Below are positions 40,660 through 55,010 of a DNA stretch of 64,000 nt, piece by piece (within the stretch, counting starts at the first letter, position 1; each line of letters starts with the position of its first letter). The notes under the pieces were generated by a model. That model searched no databases. It saw only the letters and a list, made by a program, of their open reading frames with translations, and was not told where the DNA came from. The stretch lies in the NCBI RefSeq assembly GCF_009914755.1, contig NC_060925.1; one strand, 5' to 3'. A program made the translations under genes and the position numbers. This stretch comes from the human T2T-CHM13v2.0 reference genome, Homo sapiens.

Positions 40660-40890
40660 AATGATAATCACTAACACTTAACATGGCTCTGTGGGCCAGG
40701 CATTCTCCTATGCACATTACAAACAGTAACTCACATATCCTCATAATGAGCTTCTGAGGTGGTAGCATTATTACCCTCATGTTACAGGTGAGGATGCTGA
40801 GGCCCAGAGGGGTTACATAACCTGCAGGGTCATGCAGTTAGGAAGTGGCAGAGCCAGAATGGTCACCCATTCTGTATGACTTTTCTGTCT
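40660..40890 (-). mobile_element. MIR SINE
   Basis: TTACAGGTGAGGATGCTGAGGCCCAGAGGGGTTA...GGAAGTGGCAGAGCC. Confidence 0.85.
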
Positions 40891-42112
40891 CCCGGGACCT
40901 GGCCTGGCCCGCTGTAAGCTAGCAAACGTGTGTGCTGAATGAATACTGGTGTTTAAAAGACTGACATGGTGCATGAGAACAGGGTCTTCCTGGTTTGGGG
41001 AATGGTGCTGATTCACACTTGGCATGTGTTTATTTCCTGAAGGTTCTACGGCCAGCAGAGCTCTATCCTGACAATGTTTCTGAACCACCGATCACCTACA
41101 GGTGTGCAGAGGTTATGACACAGCAGTTTTACACTTGGCCTTGGGAGTTGTTGTCCGGTTCCCCATTATCCCCAGTTTACACACTTTCACTAAGTCAAGA
41201 TTCCATGTCTGTAGCTGTAATAGCAGTGTAATAGCACTGTGCTCAAGGGCCTGGAGTGTTCCTTGATGTGTTTTGGGATTTCTAGCCAAATGAACTCAGT
41301 ATAAGTTCATCTCACTTTTCAGATTCTAATGATGTCTTTAGAGATTTTGTCCTAAATCAGTGAACAGAATTTGATTCTGAGGGAATTTAATTTGGAAAAA
41401 AAAAACCACCCAGATACATACTTTCCTCCTTGTAGAGTAAAACCTCTCTTTATTAATTTTTTTTTCTTAAAGGATACATTAGCCCTTTTAATTATATCTT
41501 TTGCTTTTCTGGGGTCCAGCATAACCTATTCTGTATGGGTTATACATACTTCCTTCTATCATATATTAATGAATACAACTCCCTTTAGATGGAGATTGTG
41601 CTAGCTAGTGTACAAACTAGATAGGCCCTGACCTCAAGAAGCTAGCAAGCTAGTGAGAAAGATAAATAAACAAAGATACTCTGTTCTGTTTCTTTATTTA
41701 TCCTAAGACATATGGATAAAGAGTAAACAAAGGATACACGACTCTAAATACTGCAATACAGTATAGTGGAGAAAGGTTGAGTATGAACTTGGGAATAAGG
41801 AAATATCTTTTTTTATGGTGACGTTATTGAAACATCCAAACCATGATATATTTAAGTTATATTTTCGATGGTTGGACTTCAAGGCTTTTTTGAATATATT
41901 CAGTTTAAGTCTGCAGATAATAGGAAAAGAGCTTATCCTTAGCTTTAAAAAATTCTTTGTTCATAGCTATTTAAATGGAAAAGAAGGAAGAATTGTCATA
42001 TGCAACATTTTAAATATAATTCATAGTTTCATGTGAATTAGTGGAATTAACAGTAACCAGGGAAACTTCCGAACCTTAGTGTGGTCAGACCCTAGTAGAC
42101 AATAACAGACCT

Positions 42113-42411
42113 TTTTTTTTTTTTTTAAGAGTCTTGCTCTGTTGCCCAGGCAGGAGGGCAGTGGCTTAATCATGAGATACTGCAGCCTCGACCTCCCAAG
42201 CTTCAGTGATCCTCTCACCTCAGCCTCCTGAATAGTTGGGACCACAGGCACATGCCACCATGCCCAGCTATTTTTTTTTTAATTTACTTATTGTAGAGAC
42301 AAGGACCCACCAGGATTCCCAGGCTGGTCTCGAACTCCTGGCTCCAGCAGTCCTCCTGCCTCAGCCCCCCAAAGTGCTGAGATTACAGGCATGAGCCACC
42401 GTTGCCCAGCC
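42113..42411 (-). mobile_element. Full-length AluJ, antisense
   Basis: Poly-T, then GAGTCTTGCTCTGTTGCCCAGG...GATTACAGGCATGAGCCACCGTTGCCCAGCC. Confidence 0.95.
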
Positions 42412-42455
42412 AAAAGATGTGGATTATAAATCTAGCTCCATCACTAGCCACAGCT

Positions 42456-42994
42456 GTATTACAATCTGCATTCAGCTGTGAGTTCAGACACCTGAAAAGT
42501 ATTGGCTTAATAAGTTATGGAGAGTTCCTAAAACTCATGTTTTAATTCTCTCATGTAATGAAAACAGGAGATAGGCAGTAGACATTTCCATGGAAACTGA
42601 CATTTCCATCCCATAATGTCTTCTGGGACCCAGACACCTTTTCTGTTTCCCCCAGTCATCCTTAGTGTGTGCTTCTCATCTGTAGTCCTAAGTTTGCTGA
42701 TCCTCCTTCTGCCTCACGTCCATGTTCTTGTTAGAAGAATGAGATGGGCAAAGTGTAGGCACAAGCTGAATCAGCCCTCTTTCAAAAGCTTGCTCAGAAA
42801 CCCTACCTAGTCACTTCCCAGTCCATCTCATGTGCCAAAACCATGTCACATGACCACCCTCAGCTGCCAGGGAGGCTGGAAAAAGCTTTTTAGCTGAGCA
42901 CATTGTTGCCCCCAATAAAATCAGGGTTCTGTTAAGATAAGGGAAAAGGAGGGGCTGGATATCAGGTAGGAGTCTACTAATCTCTGCCCTATCA
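42456..42994 (-). mobile_element. Old MLT1 (J/K class) solo LTR
   Basis: GTCACATGACCACCCTCAGCTGCCAGGGAGGCTGGAAAA...AAAATCAGGGTTCTGTTA. Confidence 0.75.
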
Positions 42995-43029
42995 GCTGGG
43001 AAATAAACTTAATCGGCAGTTAGCTAACT

Positions 43030-43630
43030 TTTTTGAATGCACCCTCCCTGCCTTTTCTTCATTAAATCTTCACAGACCTAGGTTCAGATTAAAGTATATT
43101 TTCTTTAGTTGAATTTCGGGTTGGAGTGCCAGGGATATTTCTCCCTTCCACTCCCACTTGATGATGTCATTCATTTGAAATATAGTTGGGTTCATTTATT
43201 TAGTTTGTCTTCCATTTTAGGTTTTTTTTTTTACCCACTTCACTGATTTTATTTATGTGTTTGTCTGTTTATGTGTGAAACATTCATATGTTTTGGAAGT
43301 CAGAATGATACAAAAAGAAATACTCAAAGACATGTCCCTCTCATCTTCCTTCTGCTCCTTTCCACCCTCCCATCATTTCCACCTCATTCCTGCTCACCCC
43401 ATGTCCATAGGTGCTCAGTCTCATTTGTTTCTGGTTTAACTTTACTGTATTTGCTTTTGCAAAATGTGCACAGATTATATAACTATATAGCTATATAAGC
43501 ATATATAAACATAACTATATATATCTATATAGTTGTATGACATATAGATATATTTTTATATATAGATATATTTTCTCATTCTCTTTTTTTCTTACACAGC
43601 AGGTAGCATACTTTAGATATTCTTTACTCA
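43030..43630 (-). mobile_element. Old L1 (L1M) fragment with a TA-rich low-complexity insert (43475-43575)
   Basis: GATGATGTCATTCATTTGAAATATAGTTGGGTTCATTT and downstream L1M 3'-like text. Confidence 0.55.
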
Positions 43631-44327
43631 AGAGTCTATGTAGATAGTTATAAGAAACGAAATAATCATGAGACCAGGGAGAATGACAGGTGTCCAGTAA
43701 AAGAGGTAAAACCAAACAATACAAGGGAGAGACCTCTGCTTAGGAAAGGTTTTATGAAGGAGGCTGCATTTGAGCAGAGTCTTGAGAATGGGGGATATGG
43801 CAGGAAAGGGAAGGATTTTTCTAGACATTGATAGAAGAGGAGAACAGTCAGGGAATGGTAGGGAAGCGGGGCCAGGTCAGGGGCATCAGTTCAGGGGAGC
43901 CCCATGATGGAGCTGAAGAACGCAAGTCTCTAGGGAAGAGTGTGACAAGATTGCGATGATACAGGAAGTGAAATCTGAGTGTTGTGTGCTTTTTGTGGAT
44001 TACGGGTTTCTAGAGAATTTAGACATCATCTAGTGATTCATTTTAAACTGACGTTGTGTGCCCATGTTATAGAGGAGGAAACTGAGGCCCAGATAAACAA
44101 GGATCTTGCTCAAGGTCTCATAGCCAGATGTTGGCAGAGTTGGAAGAGCCATGCCCTTGACTCATAGTCCCAGGCTCTTTTCCTCAGGATTTCCCCAGGA
44201 TGTAAGGTGGCCCCTGTGCTTCATAGACCTGGCAGTTTTTCCTTTGCCAGCTTGTGTCTGGACTTCTCAATTCATTTAGTCCCAAGTCTCCAAATCCAAC
44301 CAGACTAACAGCAACTTTAAACCAGCC

Positions 44328-44711
44328 TGTTATGAATTGAGGTGTGTCCCTTCCTCCTTCTCTTTAAATTCGTATATTGAAGGCCTAAGCCTAACTCCTT
44401 AGGAAGAGACTATATTTGGAGATGGGGCTGTTAAACAGATTAAGTTAAAATGAAGTCATTAGGGTGAGCCCTAATCCTATTTGACTGTTGTCCTTATAAG
44501 ACGAGGAGATTAGGAAACTCATCCCTACAGAAGAAAGACCAGTGAAGATGCGAGGAGAGGACAGAAGACAGCCATCTGTAAGCCAAGGAGGGAAGCTTCA
44601 GAGGAGGCCAACCTGCTGATATCTTGATCTCAGACTCCTAATTTCCAGAATTGTGAGACAAATTCCTGTTGTTTGATTCTGTGGCACTTGGTTATAGCAG
44701 CCCTAGCATAT
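44328..44711 (+). mobile_element. MLT1B-like (MaLR) solo LTR
   Basis: TGTTATGAATTGAGGTGTGTCCC...TTAAGTTAAAATGAAGTCATTAGGGTGAGCCCTAATCC...TTATAGCAGCCCTAGCA; TSD CAGCC on both sides. Confidence 0.9.
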
Positions 44712-47700
44712 CAGCCCATGCCTTAACCTACATTTTAACTGGCTCCTCGTGGGATCGCACACCCAGGCTGGTGTCTTAGCTCCTGCTTGTTACAGCTCCT
44801 CATCCTTCCTGTTGTTAAGAGCCTTCCCTGGGCCCTATCTTATGTCACCTACTCAGCCACACTGCTTCAGAGGCAAGAGAGTAGTGGAGGGGAGTTTGTC
44901 TTAGTGCAGAGAACATGGAGGGCAGATTGGGAGTCTGATGGAGCCACTCACTGGCCAAGAAAATAAATTGCCTAACCTTCTGGATTCAATAGTGCAGTTG
45001 AACTAGGAATCTCTGAAGCCATTTCCATCTCCTCAATTCTATAAGCAATGTGGACACAAACTATTTGTTGATTTTAAGTGCATACTCAGGGATTTAAAGG
45101 TATTTTTTAAAATTATGCTTTTTAGCTTTTTTAATATTCTCAAATGTTTTGCCTTACTACAGACCTTAATATACCCAGGATATTAACAAGTTTTAAAAAT
45201 CAGGTGATGGGATTATGAGTTTTAATTTTCTTCCTTATGCTTTAAGTTCCTCTGTATGTGAAGAAAACTAATCAACTTTCTAATGCAGATGGTAATGAAA
45301 CAAAGGGTATACAAGTTTATATTAATTGACATATAGCATGCAGAAACGGATGTAGTTTTTAAGATAATAAAATGTGAAAACACTAGTTAAGTTGAGGATG
45401 GAAAAAGCTGTCACAAGATATCTATAATCTGTTGTTTGGGTCATGGCAAAGCATACATGGTAATAGACATGCACCATCATGGAAAAGCTCATCCTATTGA
45501 CGTTCTAGCTTGACCTTAGGAAGAAGAAGGTGCAGATAAGAGTCTAACTTAAAATTAGAAAAAAGGAACTAAATTCAAAAATTATAAACAAAACAACCAA
45601 ATAGTCTCATAAGAAAAATGCGAAAATTTTGCTGTAATTTATAGCTCAATTCCTCAAGTAACAGGAATTTTTAGTTACTTAACTCGATAATAATTAACAT
45701 AAAATAATGTACTTGAGGTTATTGGGACTTCATAGATCAGGGAATATCATAATTATTACTGATAATTAGCTAAATGTAATCAAACGGTTCCATTTAGAAT
45801 GTTTTTAGGTAATCTGGATTCTTGTTATTTCCTATAGACATTTTATAAGCAAAGGTGGAATACAACATGCTTATAATATGGGGAAGAACAGATCTTGGCA
45901 AATGGGATTGTTTTGAGGCCTTGTTCTAGGGCACTAACCAAAACAAACTAGATGAAAAATCATCCACCTCTGTGAACGTTTCAGAGTCAACTGCCTGTTC
46001 TACACACCCTCAGCCTCATAGATACGGGTCCTGATAACCCGAAGTCCTATGCTTTGGTATGGATTACAGGAGTGATCTCTCCTCCTGTGTCCTCTTTTGT
46101 AGAAAGCAAGGATCATTTTGTAAACATCTGGTTTCACCTCAGAAGCGCACGTGCTATCAAGATTTGTGTGTATGTGTGTGTTTGTAAAAGACATTTTATG
46201 TATGCCTGCGAATGACCTTTCCAAGAATCTTGCACAGCTTGTGGCTATTCAGGCCTGTTCCATGGATTTTTCTTCAATGCAAATCCAGCTGTGTCAGTTC
46301 CCGTAACCCCTCCTGTGCCTGCTCAAGGTTAAGCGCTGCAGTCTGCTCTTTAGTAAGTGTCCAGAGGGTAATTACCCAGGTGCATCTGGGTGGGGTTTAA
46401 CCCCTTTCACCCCCACCCTGTCTGCCAGATTCATGGGGGAGATTCAGATGTGCAAGAGAGGCAGTTAGTGAAATCAGTTCCCTCTCTTGGGGTAATTTGA
46501 TCTTGTCAAACAATGCTTTTTACAGAACATATGTGCTTTAGTTTTATTTTAAGTTTCTGAAATACCATTCTCCATTTTGCTCACCACTGAGGCATATGTA
46601 CAAATCCAAAGACCCTCTTTTGTTACACGTGAAACTTTATTCTTATTTTTTTGTCAAAAGAAAAGTCCTAAGTTTCCCAAATCCAAAGCAAAGTGAATGC
46701 TTCAATATTACTTTATCCAGAGCCACAGGCAGGAGAGAAAAGTTGTGAAAATCAATTCAGGAAAGACCAGGAGGAAAACAAAATGATCGCCCCAGAAATG
46801 AATATTTAACTGTTGTTTGTTGGTTGGATTTGGGAGAAGAGAAGGTAAAATGGTTTAAAAGGCAAAATATTAAACTGCTTAGATTATGGACAGCTCTCTC
46901 CACAGCTTTCGCCCCCAGATACTTTGGGTCTCATGATGCTAGAATATCTGTCGTATCTCAGAGGCTAGGACATTCTAGGCTGAGAGTGGTTGTTATAATA
47001 TTTTGCCCAGGAGTATGGTGTGGGAGCAGCACGTTGGACAGGGACTTGGCGATGTTGGCAAATAATAAGCATGGGGCTTGGGCGGCCGGCTGGTGATTGC
47101 TTAAGCCAGGCAAATTACTTAAGCTTTCTGAGCCTCAGTTTCCTTCTCTGTAAAGAGGCCATTGATTCCCACCTCCTGGGGTTATTTTAAAGATGAAATG
47201 AAACCAGCTATGCTAAGTGTTCAGTGCTTGCCAGGCACATTACACTTAAGTGGTAGCTGTTATTTTATTATTTAAAAAGATAGCTTTGCCACAAACCAGA
47301 TATGTGACATTGAGTAAGTCAGGCCATGTAGGTGGCTGGGCTTTGGTTTTCTCATATAAAATGTGAAATTTAGAGCTATAGTCCCTTCTACTTCTAAAGT
47401 TCACTGAGCCTTTGAATCCCCTCTTAAGCATTAGTTCACTGGAAGAATAGTTTCTGTGCCTAGCAGTGTGCAAGGTTGCCAAAGTTCAGATTAAATTCTT
47501 ACCAGGAGGTTACTAGAACTTGAAACACTTCTTGTGCATGGATTTCAATGTAATTAATCATTTGAAAGGTGAAAACATGTGTTCCAATCCTGGGCAGTGA
47601 CTTATCCCAGTGCCCAGGTGAGTTACTAGCAAATCTTAGGTCTTGGGCAGTTCTTTTTGTCCTGATACCAAAGCTAGAGAAATAAATCTGCTTTATGGCT

Positions 47701-50700
47701 CCTCAGTCTTATTTATGAATCAAAAAATCCTTTCATATCCAAAATCTATATTATTCTGCATCTGAAACTTTTCTGATCTTCTTCACTCCTTTACAATAAT
47801 ATTATCTAATGCATAGATAATGCATGGTTGCTTCCAGAGTACTTTGATTTATATAATTACACTCACTTGCTCCTCAGAACAATTCCATGTGGCAGGTCTG
47901 TTATCACCCCCAATTCACAGATAAGGAAACTGAAGGCTGGATTTGCTGAGATCATATAGCCAAGAGTTGTCGGATATGGGTTACATACTCATGTCTTTCA
48001 CTGCAAAACACACATTTCTCCCCCTGAAGCAAGCTCCCTCTAAAGTGCCAGAGTATTTTGTTTATGAATGAGGAGTGACAAAGCAAAAAATGAGGTCACA
48101 GTTGGAAATAGGATATGGAAATGCTGGTTCCTTCATGACCCACAGGCTCAGATCTGTGATTCCCAACATCTTTTTATATGAGGGCCTATTTTTCTTTGGT
48201 AAACAGAAGTTTATTATTTTATTACACAGGCAAAATACAGATGTGCAAAAGAGAAATATGTTAATACTCTGGTGATTATTAGTGTTAACATTTTGGTGTC
48301 TTAACCTCTTCGCTCCCCTGTTTATGTATTTATATGTATAGGGATGTGTATTCACCAGAATGTTCTTAATTTGCACATACTGTTGAGAACCCATCTTTAC
48401 TAACAAAACATGGTGGATTGCCCACAGATAGTTGTATGGGATCTAGATTTTGCATCTCCCCTGATAGGCTTATCCTGCCTGCCTCTTGCTGAATTTTGCT
48501 AGAAAGTTGTTACTACCACCTTGTACTACCTCACTCCCCAGGGGAAAACTGCAGCTCAGTCTGCGTAGCTCCTGGTGCAGCAGAACCCAGCAGTGCCAGC
48601 AGCCAGGCCTGATCCGGCCCCTACCATGAAAGCCCTGACTTCTCCCACCATGCCAGGACTCAGATGAAGAATGTGCCAGGGAGTGGGAAGTGGTGTCTCC
48701 AGTGGCCTCCATAGCTACTGATACAATGCAGAAGTGCAGGGAGTTAAGGCCCACAGGTGAACCTTGGCCAAGGGGAGATAGAAGCGCAGGAGACTGTTCT
48801 GACCCATATGTGGTTTCCATATAGCCTTTGTCTTGGTGACCTAGCAAACAGGCACTTTTTTGTGAAGTTGTGACAGCTTAGTAACTAATGCACCACTCTA
48901 TATTTGCTCTATCTTGATGTCTACCTCACCTCCTCCTGCCCCCTGCGCACCTGCTTTCCACCCTGGGAACCCCACCCCTGCCCCGATAAAGCTTGAGCAC
49001 GAATACTTTTCCTCAGCTCCTTCTTTTCTCTTTTTTAACTTAGGAAACTGAGCTGATGGTCATTACATTTATAGTATCTCTGTTCAGTAAGTACTTACAA
49101 ACAAAAATTCAATTGCTTTTAGTGAATGGATTTTATTAATTACAATAGCATCTGTATGCACTTGAAGAAAAGTAGTATATTGATGTTATCTTCAGATGCC
49201 ATTTGGTGATAGGTGAATTAAAGGATTCCTTGAAGCCACTCTGTGCCTCTCTCTACCTGCATGTCCTCAAGAAGAAGCCACAGTTGGGTTGTTTAGGTGA
49301 GATACAGGTCATCATAGCTATTTTACCCTCAACTTGACCTTCGTGCTGTAGTTAAAGACTCTCAGACAGAAACCTCAGTCCATCCAGTCTCTTCCTCCAG
49401 CTGCCTTTCAAGTGCGTGAAGTTTTGAAGTCTGCACACGTTTTCTCAGGGTGAGGCACTGTACACATCTGGGTCAGCTTTATTCCAGTTTTCTTTTTTTT
49501 TAAATATATAAAGTCAATCAGTGTGAGTAACTGCTACATGAGACCACGGAGAAAATGAAATAAATATGTTGGAAATGCTAGAAAGTGATCTGCAGTTGTT
49601 TATTCGCCTCAGTCTCACTTCCTGGCTTATTTTAAAGCATTCAAAGGGTTTGAACAATCTTTTGAGTTGTTTGGCGTGCTGCAAAAAATATAGTCTGTTC
49701 TCTAATATGAAAGAATTTTACACTGTGCTTCCTGGCCTGGAAGTGTGTGGGAGAGTGAGGAAAACAGGGAGAAACTAGTCTCAAGGGACGGGACCTCTTG
49801 TGCTGATTAACATTCTCTTAACAAGGCACTTAATCTATTATATAATTCAGTGCACTTAATCTATGAAGCAGTATTCACGGGGCTTTCTTTTGTTTCTCAA
49901 GGCCAGGGATGCTGTCTTGTACATCTTTGCACTCTCCAACAGTGCTACATTTAACAGGTACTAGCTGCACTCTTTGAATGATGAGGTGGTTGGTGAACTT
50001 TTCAGCTAGCTAAGTCAATTATGGTGAGTTGCACAAGATGCCCATGTTACAAAGAATAAATGCTAGAAAAATGATTTATATATGGACAAATTACTGACCA
50101 AGACAATGTCCTTGTTTGTACAATGGACATTGTTCAGGCAGAGCTCATGGGTTGCATTCACAGAAAGGGCTCATTGGCTGGTTTAAACAGAAACCAAGAA
50201 GAGAGGGGTCAATGAAGGCAGGACTGGTGAAGGAAGGCTGTGTCCAGGGCCTTATAGGGATGAAAGGGGATGAGACAGTGGACCTATGGACTGTGAATTC
50301 TGAGTTCCAGTCTTTGCCTCTTGAAATTTAGTGTCACTTTTGAGTCCTGTCCCCTCCAGGAAGCTTTTCCTGATCCCTGAACCAGTTAACTAACCTCCTA
50401 TGACCCCATAGCCCTGTGTTGGGACCTTTATCCTGGTGTGCTCCTGCATGGCCATTTGTGTTCTTCCTGATACCGTCCTCTAGATACTAAGTCATGTCTG
50501 TGAGGGCTGCGCTTTTTCTGGTTCATCCATGTGACTCCCAGACTGCCTTGCACTCAGGCCACTGCACAAATGCCTGTCGAAGTAGACGTTCCAACCCAAA
50601 GGTTCAGAACAACAAGGACGTGCATCCAGCCTTTGTAGTGCAGTGGGTTGAAGAGTGATGCCCTGAAAAAGATGTGGCCACATCCCTTCTCACCAGCCCT

Positions 50701-51121
50701 GGGCTGCATTCTATTTAACAGTTTTGGTTTTTTACGTCAGAGAAAAAGAGATGACTTTTGTATAAGTCATTGTTATTGACTCTGTCTCTCTCCAACTTGA
50801 GAACTGCAGGAAGATTATTTGCTCATTGCCTGGCCTTCAGGTGTCTGATGGAACAGGAATCAAATGATAGACACTTTGAACCTCTCCTTTGCCATGATGC
50901 TTGGACAAAAAACTTGTGGCCTCAATTCTTTAACTGAGGAGCCTTGTAGAATAACCTCTGGAGTTAAACATACCTGGGTTTGAACCTCGACTATTACTCA
51001 TTTCTGTGGTGTGGCCTAATCTCCTTATGCCTCAGTGTTCTCATCTGTAAAATGGGCATAACAATGACCACCTCTTACAGTTGTTGTTCTGGGCATTAGA
51101 ATGATACTCTATCCGTTAGTA

Positions 51122-51447
51122 CAGGGGTCCCCAACCTCAACATCTGTCCAGGGCTAGTTAGGAGCCGAGCCTCACAGCAGAAGGTGAGTGGCAGGTGAGC
51201 GAGCATTACTACCTGAGCCCTGCCTCCTGTCAGATCAGCATTAGATTCTCATAGAAGTGCAAACCCTATTGTGAACTGTGCATGCCAGGGACCTAGGTTG
51301 TGTGATCCTTATGAGAATCTAACTAATGCCTGATGATCTGAGATGGAATAGATCCCGAAACCATCCCCCCCACCCCCAACCCTGGTCCATAGAAAAACTG
51401 TCTTTCATGAAACTGGTCCTCAGTGCCAAAAAGGTTAAGGACCGCTG
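51122..51447 (+). mobile_element. MER1B (hAT-Charlie MITE) adjacent to or inside a MIR
   Basis: CAGGGGTCCCCAAC...GTGCCAAAAAGGTTAAGGACCGCTG; ~326 bp. Confidence 0.92.
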
Positions 51448-51791
51448 TAGATAGTAGATACTGTTGGTTGTAGTATTGTGTCATTACGTTGTTTGTACTA
51501 GTGAAATCACTAAGACTCTTGTTCCAGGGAAGAGAAGAAACAAAAAACTGAAGGAATAAAAAGTTTAAGCCACAAAGCATTAATAGGAACACTTGGACCT
51601 GTACAAGAGATATGCTGAGGGGCATGGGGAAGGAATTCCTTCCTTCTCAAGCTGTAGGTGTCAGGCTTTGGCCGTGAAAATGACAGTGGATTTTCTACTC
51701 CTTCAGCAAACTTTCTGGAAACCCCATCACCTGCCACGTGTGTGTGGAGGTGCTGTGTGGGTATACAAAGGCGAATTAAGATGTGATCCTG

Positions 51792-52108
51792 GGTCAGGGA
51801 CAGTGGCTGCCACCTGTAATCCCAGCACTTTGGAAGACCAAGGTGGAAGGCTCACTTGAGCCCAGAAGTTTGAGACCAACCTGAGAAACAGAGTGAGATC
51901 CCCATCTTTACAAAAAAAAAAAAAAAAATACTAGCTAGCTGAGCATGGTGGCATGTGTCTATAGTTCCAGCAACTCTGGAGGCTGAGGTGGGAAGATCAC
52001 TTGAACCCAGAAATTCAAGGCTGCAGCAAGCCATGATGGTACCATTGTACTCCAGCCTGTTCAACAGAGTGAGACCCTATCTCAAAAAAAAAAAAAAACA
52101 AAAAACAG
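51792..52108 (+). mobile_element. Full-length AluJ inserted into a minus-strand L2
   Basis: Diverged dimer; degenerate TSD AAGATGTGATCCTG / AAGACATGGTCCTG. Confidence 0.93.
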
Positions 52109-54799
52109 AAGACATGGTCCTGATCTCTACTCTCAGGGTTTCATACTCTATTGAGGGAAGATAAAGTTTATTATAATGCAAGGAGAAACCACTCTAAATG
52201 CAGCATTTACAAAACGCTCTGAGAGCATAGGGGTCTGTCTGAGGGAAGTGGAGAAAGGCAGAGCTATTGCCATTTAGGTCGGATCTTGGATGAGTTAGGA
52301 GTTCTTCAGGAGGGGTAGGAAGGATAGATAACATGTACAAAGGCAAAGCAATGCAAAAATACAATGGTATGATGTTGGCTGTGACTGGCATCTTATGTTA
52401 TAGGGCTGGGGAGAGACAGTTAAGCAGAACATTCAGCCGGAGTTGTATCCTTGACACTGTTGGGCTAAGAGGCTGGGTTGCCTTGTTTTAGTTTGAGGAA
52501 GGCTGTGGACATTTTAAAGGGAGGGAATGATACGGGCTGTTCTCATCTGATACTTGTGCTTCTCTTCTCCCTGTTCTTTTGAGTTGGACTGTGGCCACGG
52601 AAGGGCAGAGGAGGAGAAATCTTCCAGCAGTCATGGGGAGACACAGATATCCTTTATCTTAGTTGGGATTAACAAAACAAATTAACTTTGGGTGTGAGGA
52701 GAAGCGCTTCAGATAAGAAATGGGCAAACTTGGCGGGGGTTGCTGATAGTGACACCACATCTTCCCTGTCTTTACTTGGGGACCATTTATTTTTATTTTC
52801 CCCCTCTCTTTAAAAGCTGTTGTATCTCTAGGAAAAAAAAAAGGCTCCACCTTCAGGAATGCAGTGTGGTTTTACTTCTGGTAGGTGAAGAAAATTTAGC
52901 TTCTGGATTTTTCTATGCTTGATAAAGGGTATAGTGTGTAAATGTAGGAAACAAAACTATCTCTAACCAGATCTCAAATTTTATGAAAGAAACACAAAAT
53001 ATGGATATATTAATGTAGAATAGACATGTGTAATATACATTGCCCTTTGGGTTGCAAGGTTTTTTTCTATATTTCTATATTTTCTTCTGTATTTCTATAA
53101 ATATATTTCTATATTTTTTCTGGGAGAAAAATAAATCTTAAATATTTTAAACAAAAGTTCTCAGTGAGTGTGATCTCTGTACTCAACCTTGGAAACAAAA
53201 ACAGATTTCTTGGGAGGAGGAGGGATAAAATTGGGGGTATGCTGTGTATTTTGGGAAGAATTTGGCTTCTTTCTTGCTGATACCTTTCACTAGTTGCCGT
53301 AAGATTCAGGTGGTTCTTTCATTATTCATTCTACATGTATTCATTGAGCAACTATTCATCAACCAGCTGTACCTTTCTGGACAGGCTTATTTTGGACTGA
53401 AAGGCATTCCCTTGCCTGTCCCACGGCCTCCCCCTGAGATTTTCTTAGCTGCGCTCAGTGTGGCCACAACACCCCGTGATTCTGTCATCACCTCCCTTGC
53501 TACGAGGCTGCTCTAGAGCCCTCCATAAACAAGCTGTCCAGGCTGTTTGGATAAGAGCAGGGGAAAGACAATAATAAACTCGGGAGGATGGCATGACCAA
53601 GGTGATTCGCACTGGAGGTTTTTAATGGCTTTTTACACATGATGAGCACTTTATTGTCTGCAGTTTAAAACGCCGTCCTCACACGGTGGCTCTGTGAATG
53701 CCAGCCTCTCCCGGGGAGCCTTCCCTAGCAGTGCAGCCTCAAATTCAGGGAAGGTTCTGGTTGTTTCTTCTGTGAACAAATATCAGAAGTTCCTATGCCT
53801 GTGTCAGGAGCTCTAGGTTAGGTGTATAAAAGAGATGGCTAAGTTTGGGAAGCCGCATTAGTGTTTTTGTTTTTGTTTTTGTTTTTAAAGTTTTAAGATT
53901 AAAAAAAATAAATTGTTAGACTTCACTAGCTCTTGCTTTCTCCTTTTCAGCACTGGCTGAATAACCAGAACCTGAGCTGAACTTGAGTATTCAGAAGGTG
54001 AAGCAAAGAGGAAAATGTTTTATTAGAAACAGGCTTTCTAGCTGTGACAAATTATATGTGAAATTTCAAGTACAGACCCGCAGGGTTGTGATGACTTCAA
54101 GAATGATCAAGTGTGGCCCAGTCTAGGAAAGTGGAGGGACAGGAACCCTGCGTGCCTGGTTTATTGTGTGGTTTCACTTCCTAGGGAGAGGAAGGCAGGA
54201 GGAGAGAGAAAGTAGCATGCTGCAGGGTGCTGCTGAGTTCAGGCTGTGGCTGTCCCCAGTATTTCAGCTCATGCCGGTAATCAGCAGGCCTCCAGGAGGA
54301 AGAGTTGGGAGCTGTTATGCAAAGCTGAGAACCTGTAAGTCGAGGTAGGAAGAAGACAGTTCAAATCCCTTCGGATGACTCTTGGGCAGTCTAAAGTCTG
54401 ATCCCAATTTATCTTTCCAGATTGTTCTATTAACCTGGCCAAACACCAAATCTTTTGTGTACACATGACCGTTGGAACCCTCTTCTCTGCTTGGCAAACT
54501 CTAAACCCTCCTTCAAGAACCAGTTCAGAAGTGATCAGTGTAATCAGCCATTTTAAAAAATTGGTTTAAATCTGTACCCCTCCACCCCCATTTCTGCTTC
54601 ATCTCTCCCCAAGGCAGAATCAGTCTCTCTTCTCTGTTGCTTCCATGCACCTTGGCTGATGGACACTGTTAGAATTGATGCTCACAGCTTGGGAGAGCAG
54701 ATGGGGTCTGGGAGAGCCTCCTGAGTTCACTGGCACAGGATCATACAAGACAATATGTGTGAAAGTCAGTGGTTAATTGCAAAGCACTGTACCACTGTG

Positions 54800-55010
54800 T
54801 TCATAGCTACCCTTTATTGAATACATCGTGCTTGGTATTTTCTCATCAAATCCTCACAACAACCATTTGAAGGTAGGTATTATAGTCATCTTTCTTTTAA
54901 ACATACAAAAACTGAGTCTCTAAGAGGTTAAGAAGTGGGCTGCCCATGGTCACATTAAATAGTAAGTGGCAAAGTTACATTAAACCCAGTTCTGACTCCA
55001 CCATCTCAAC
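54800..55010 (-). mobile_element. MIR SINE
   Basis: ATCCTCACAACAACC...AAACTGAGTCTCTAAGAGGTTAAG...TAGTAAGTGGCA. Confidence 0.8.

Noticed and set aside
43475-43575. AT-rich palindromes with cruciform potential
   Set aside because: Expected by-product of a degenerate (TA)n repeat; arms are 9 bp or shorter
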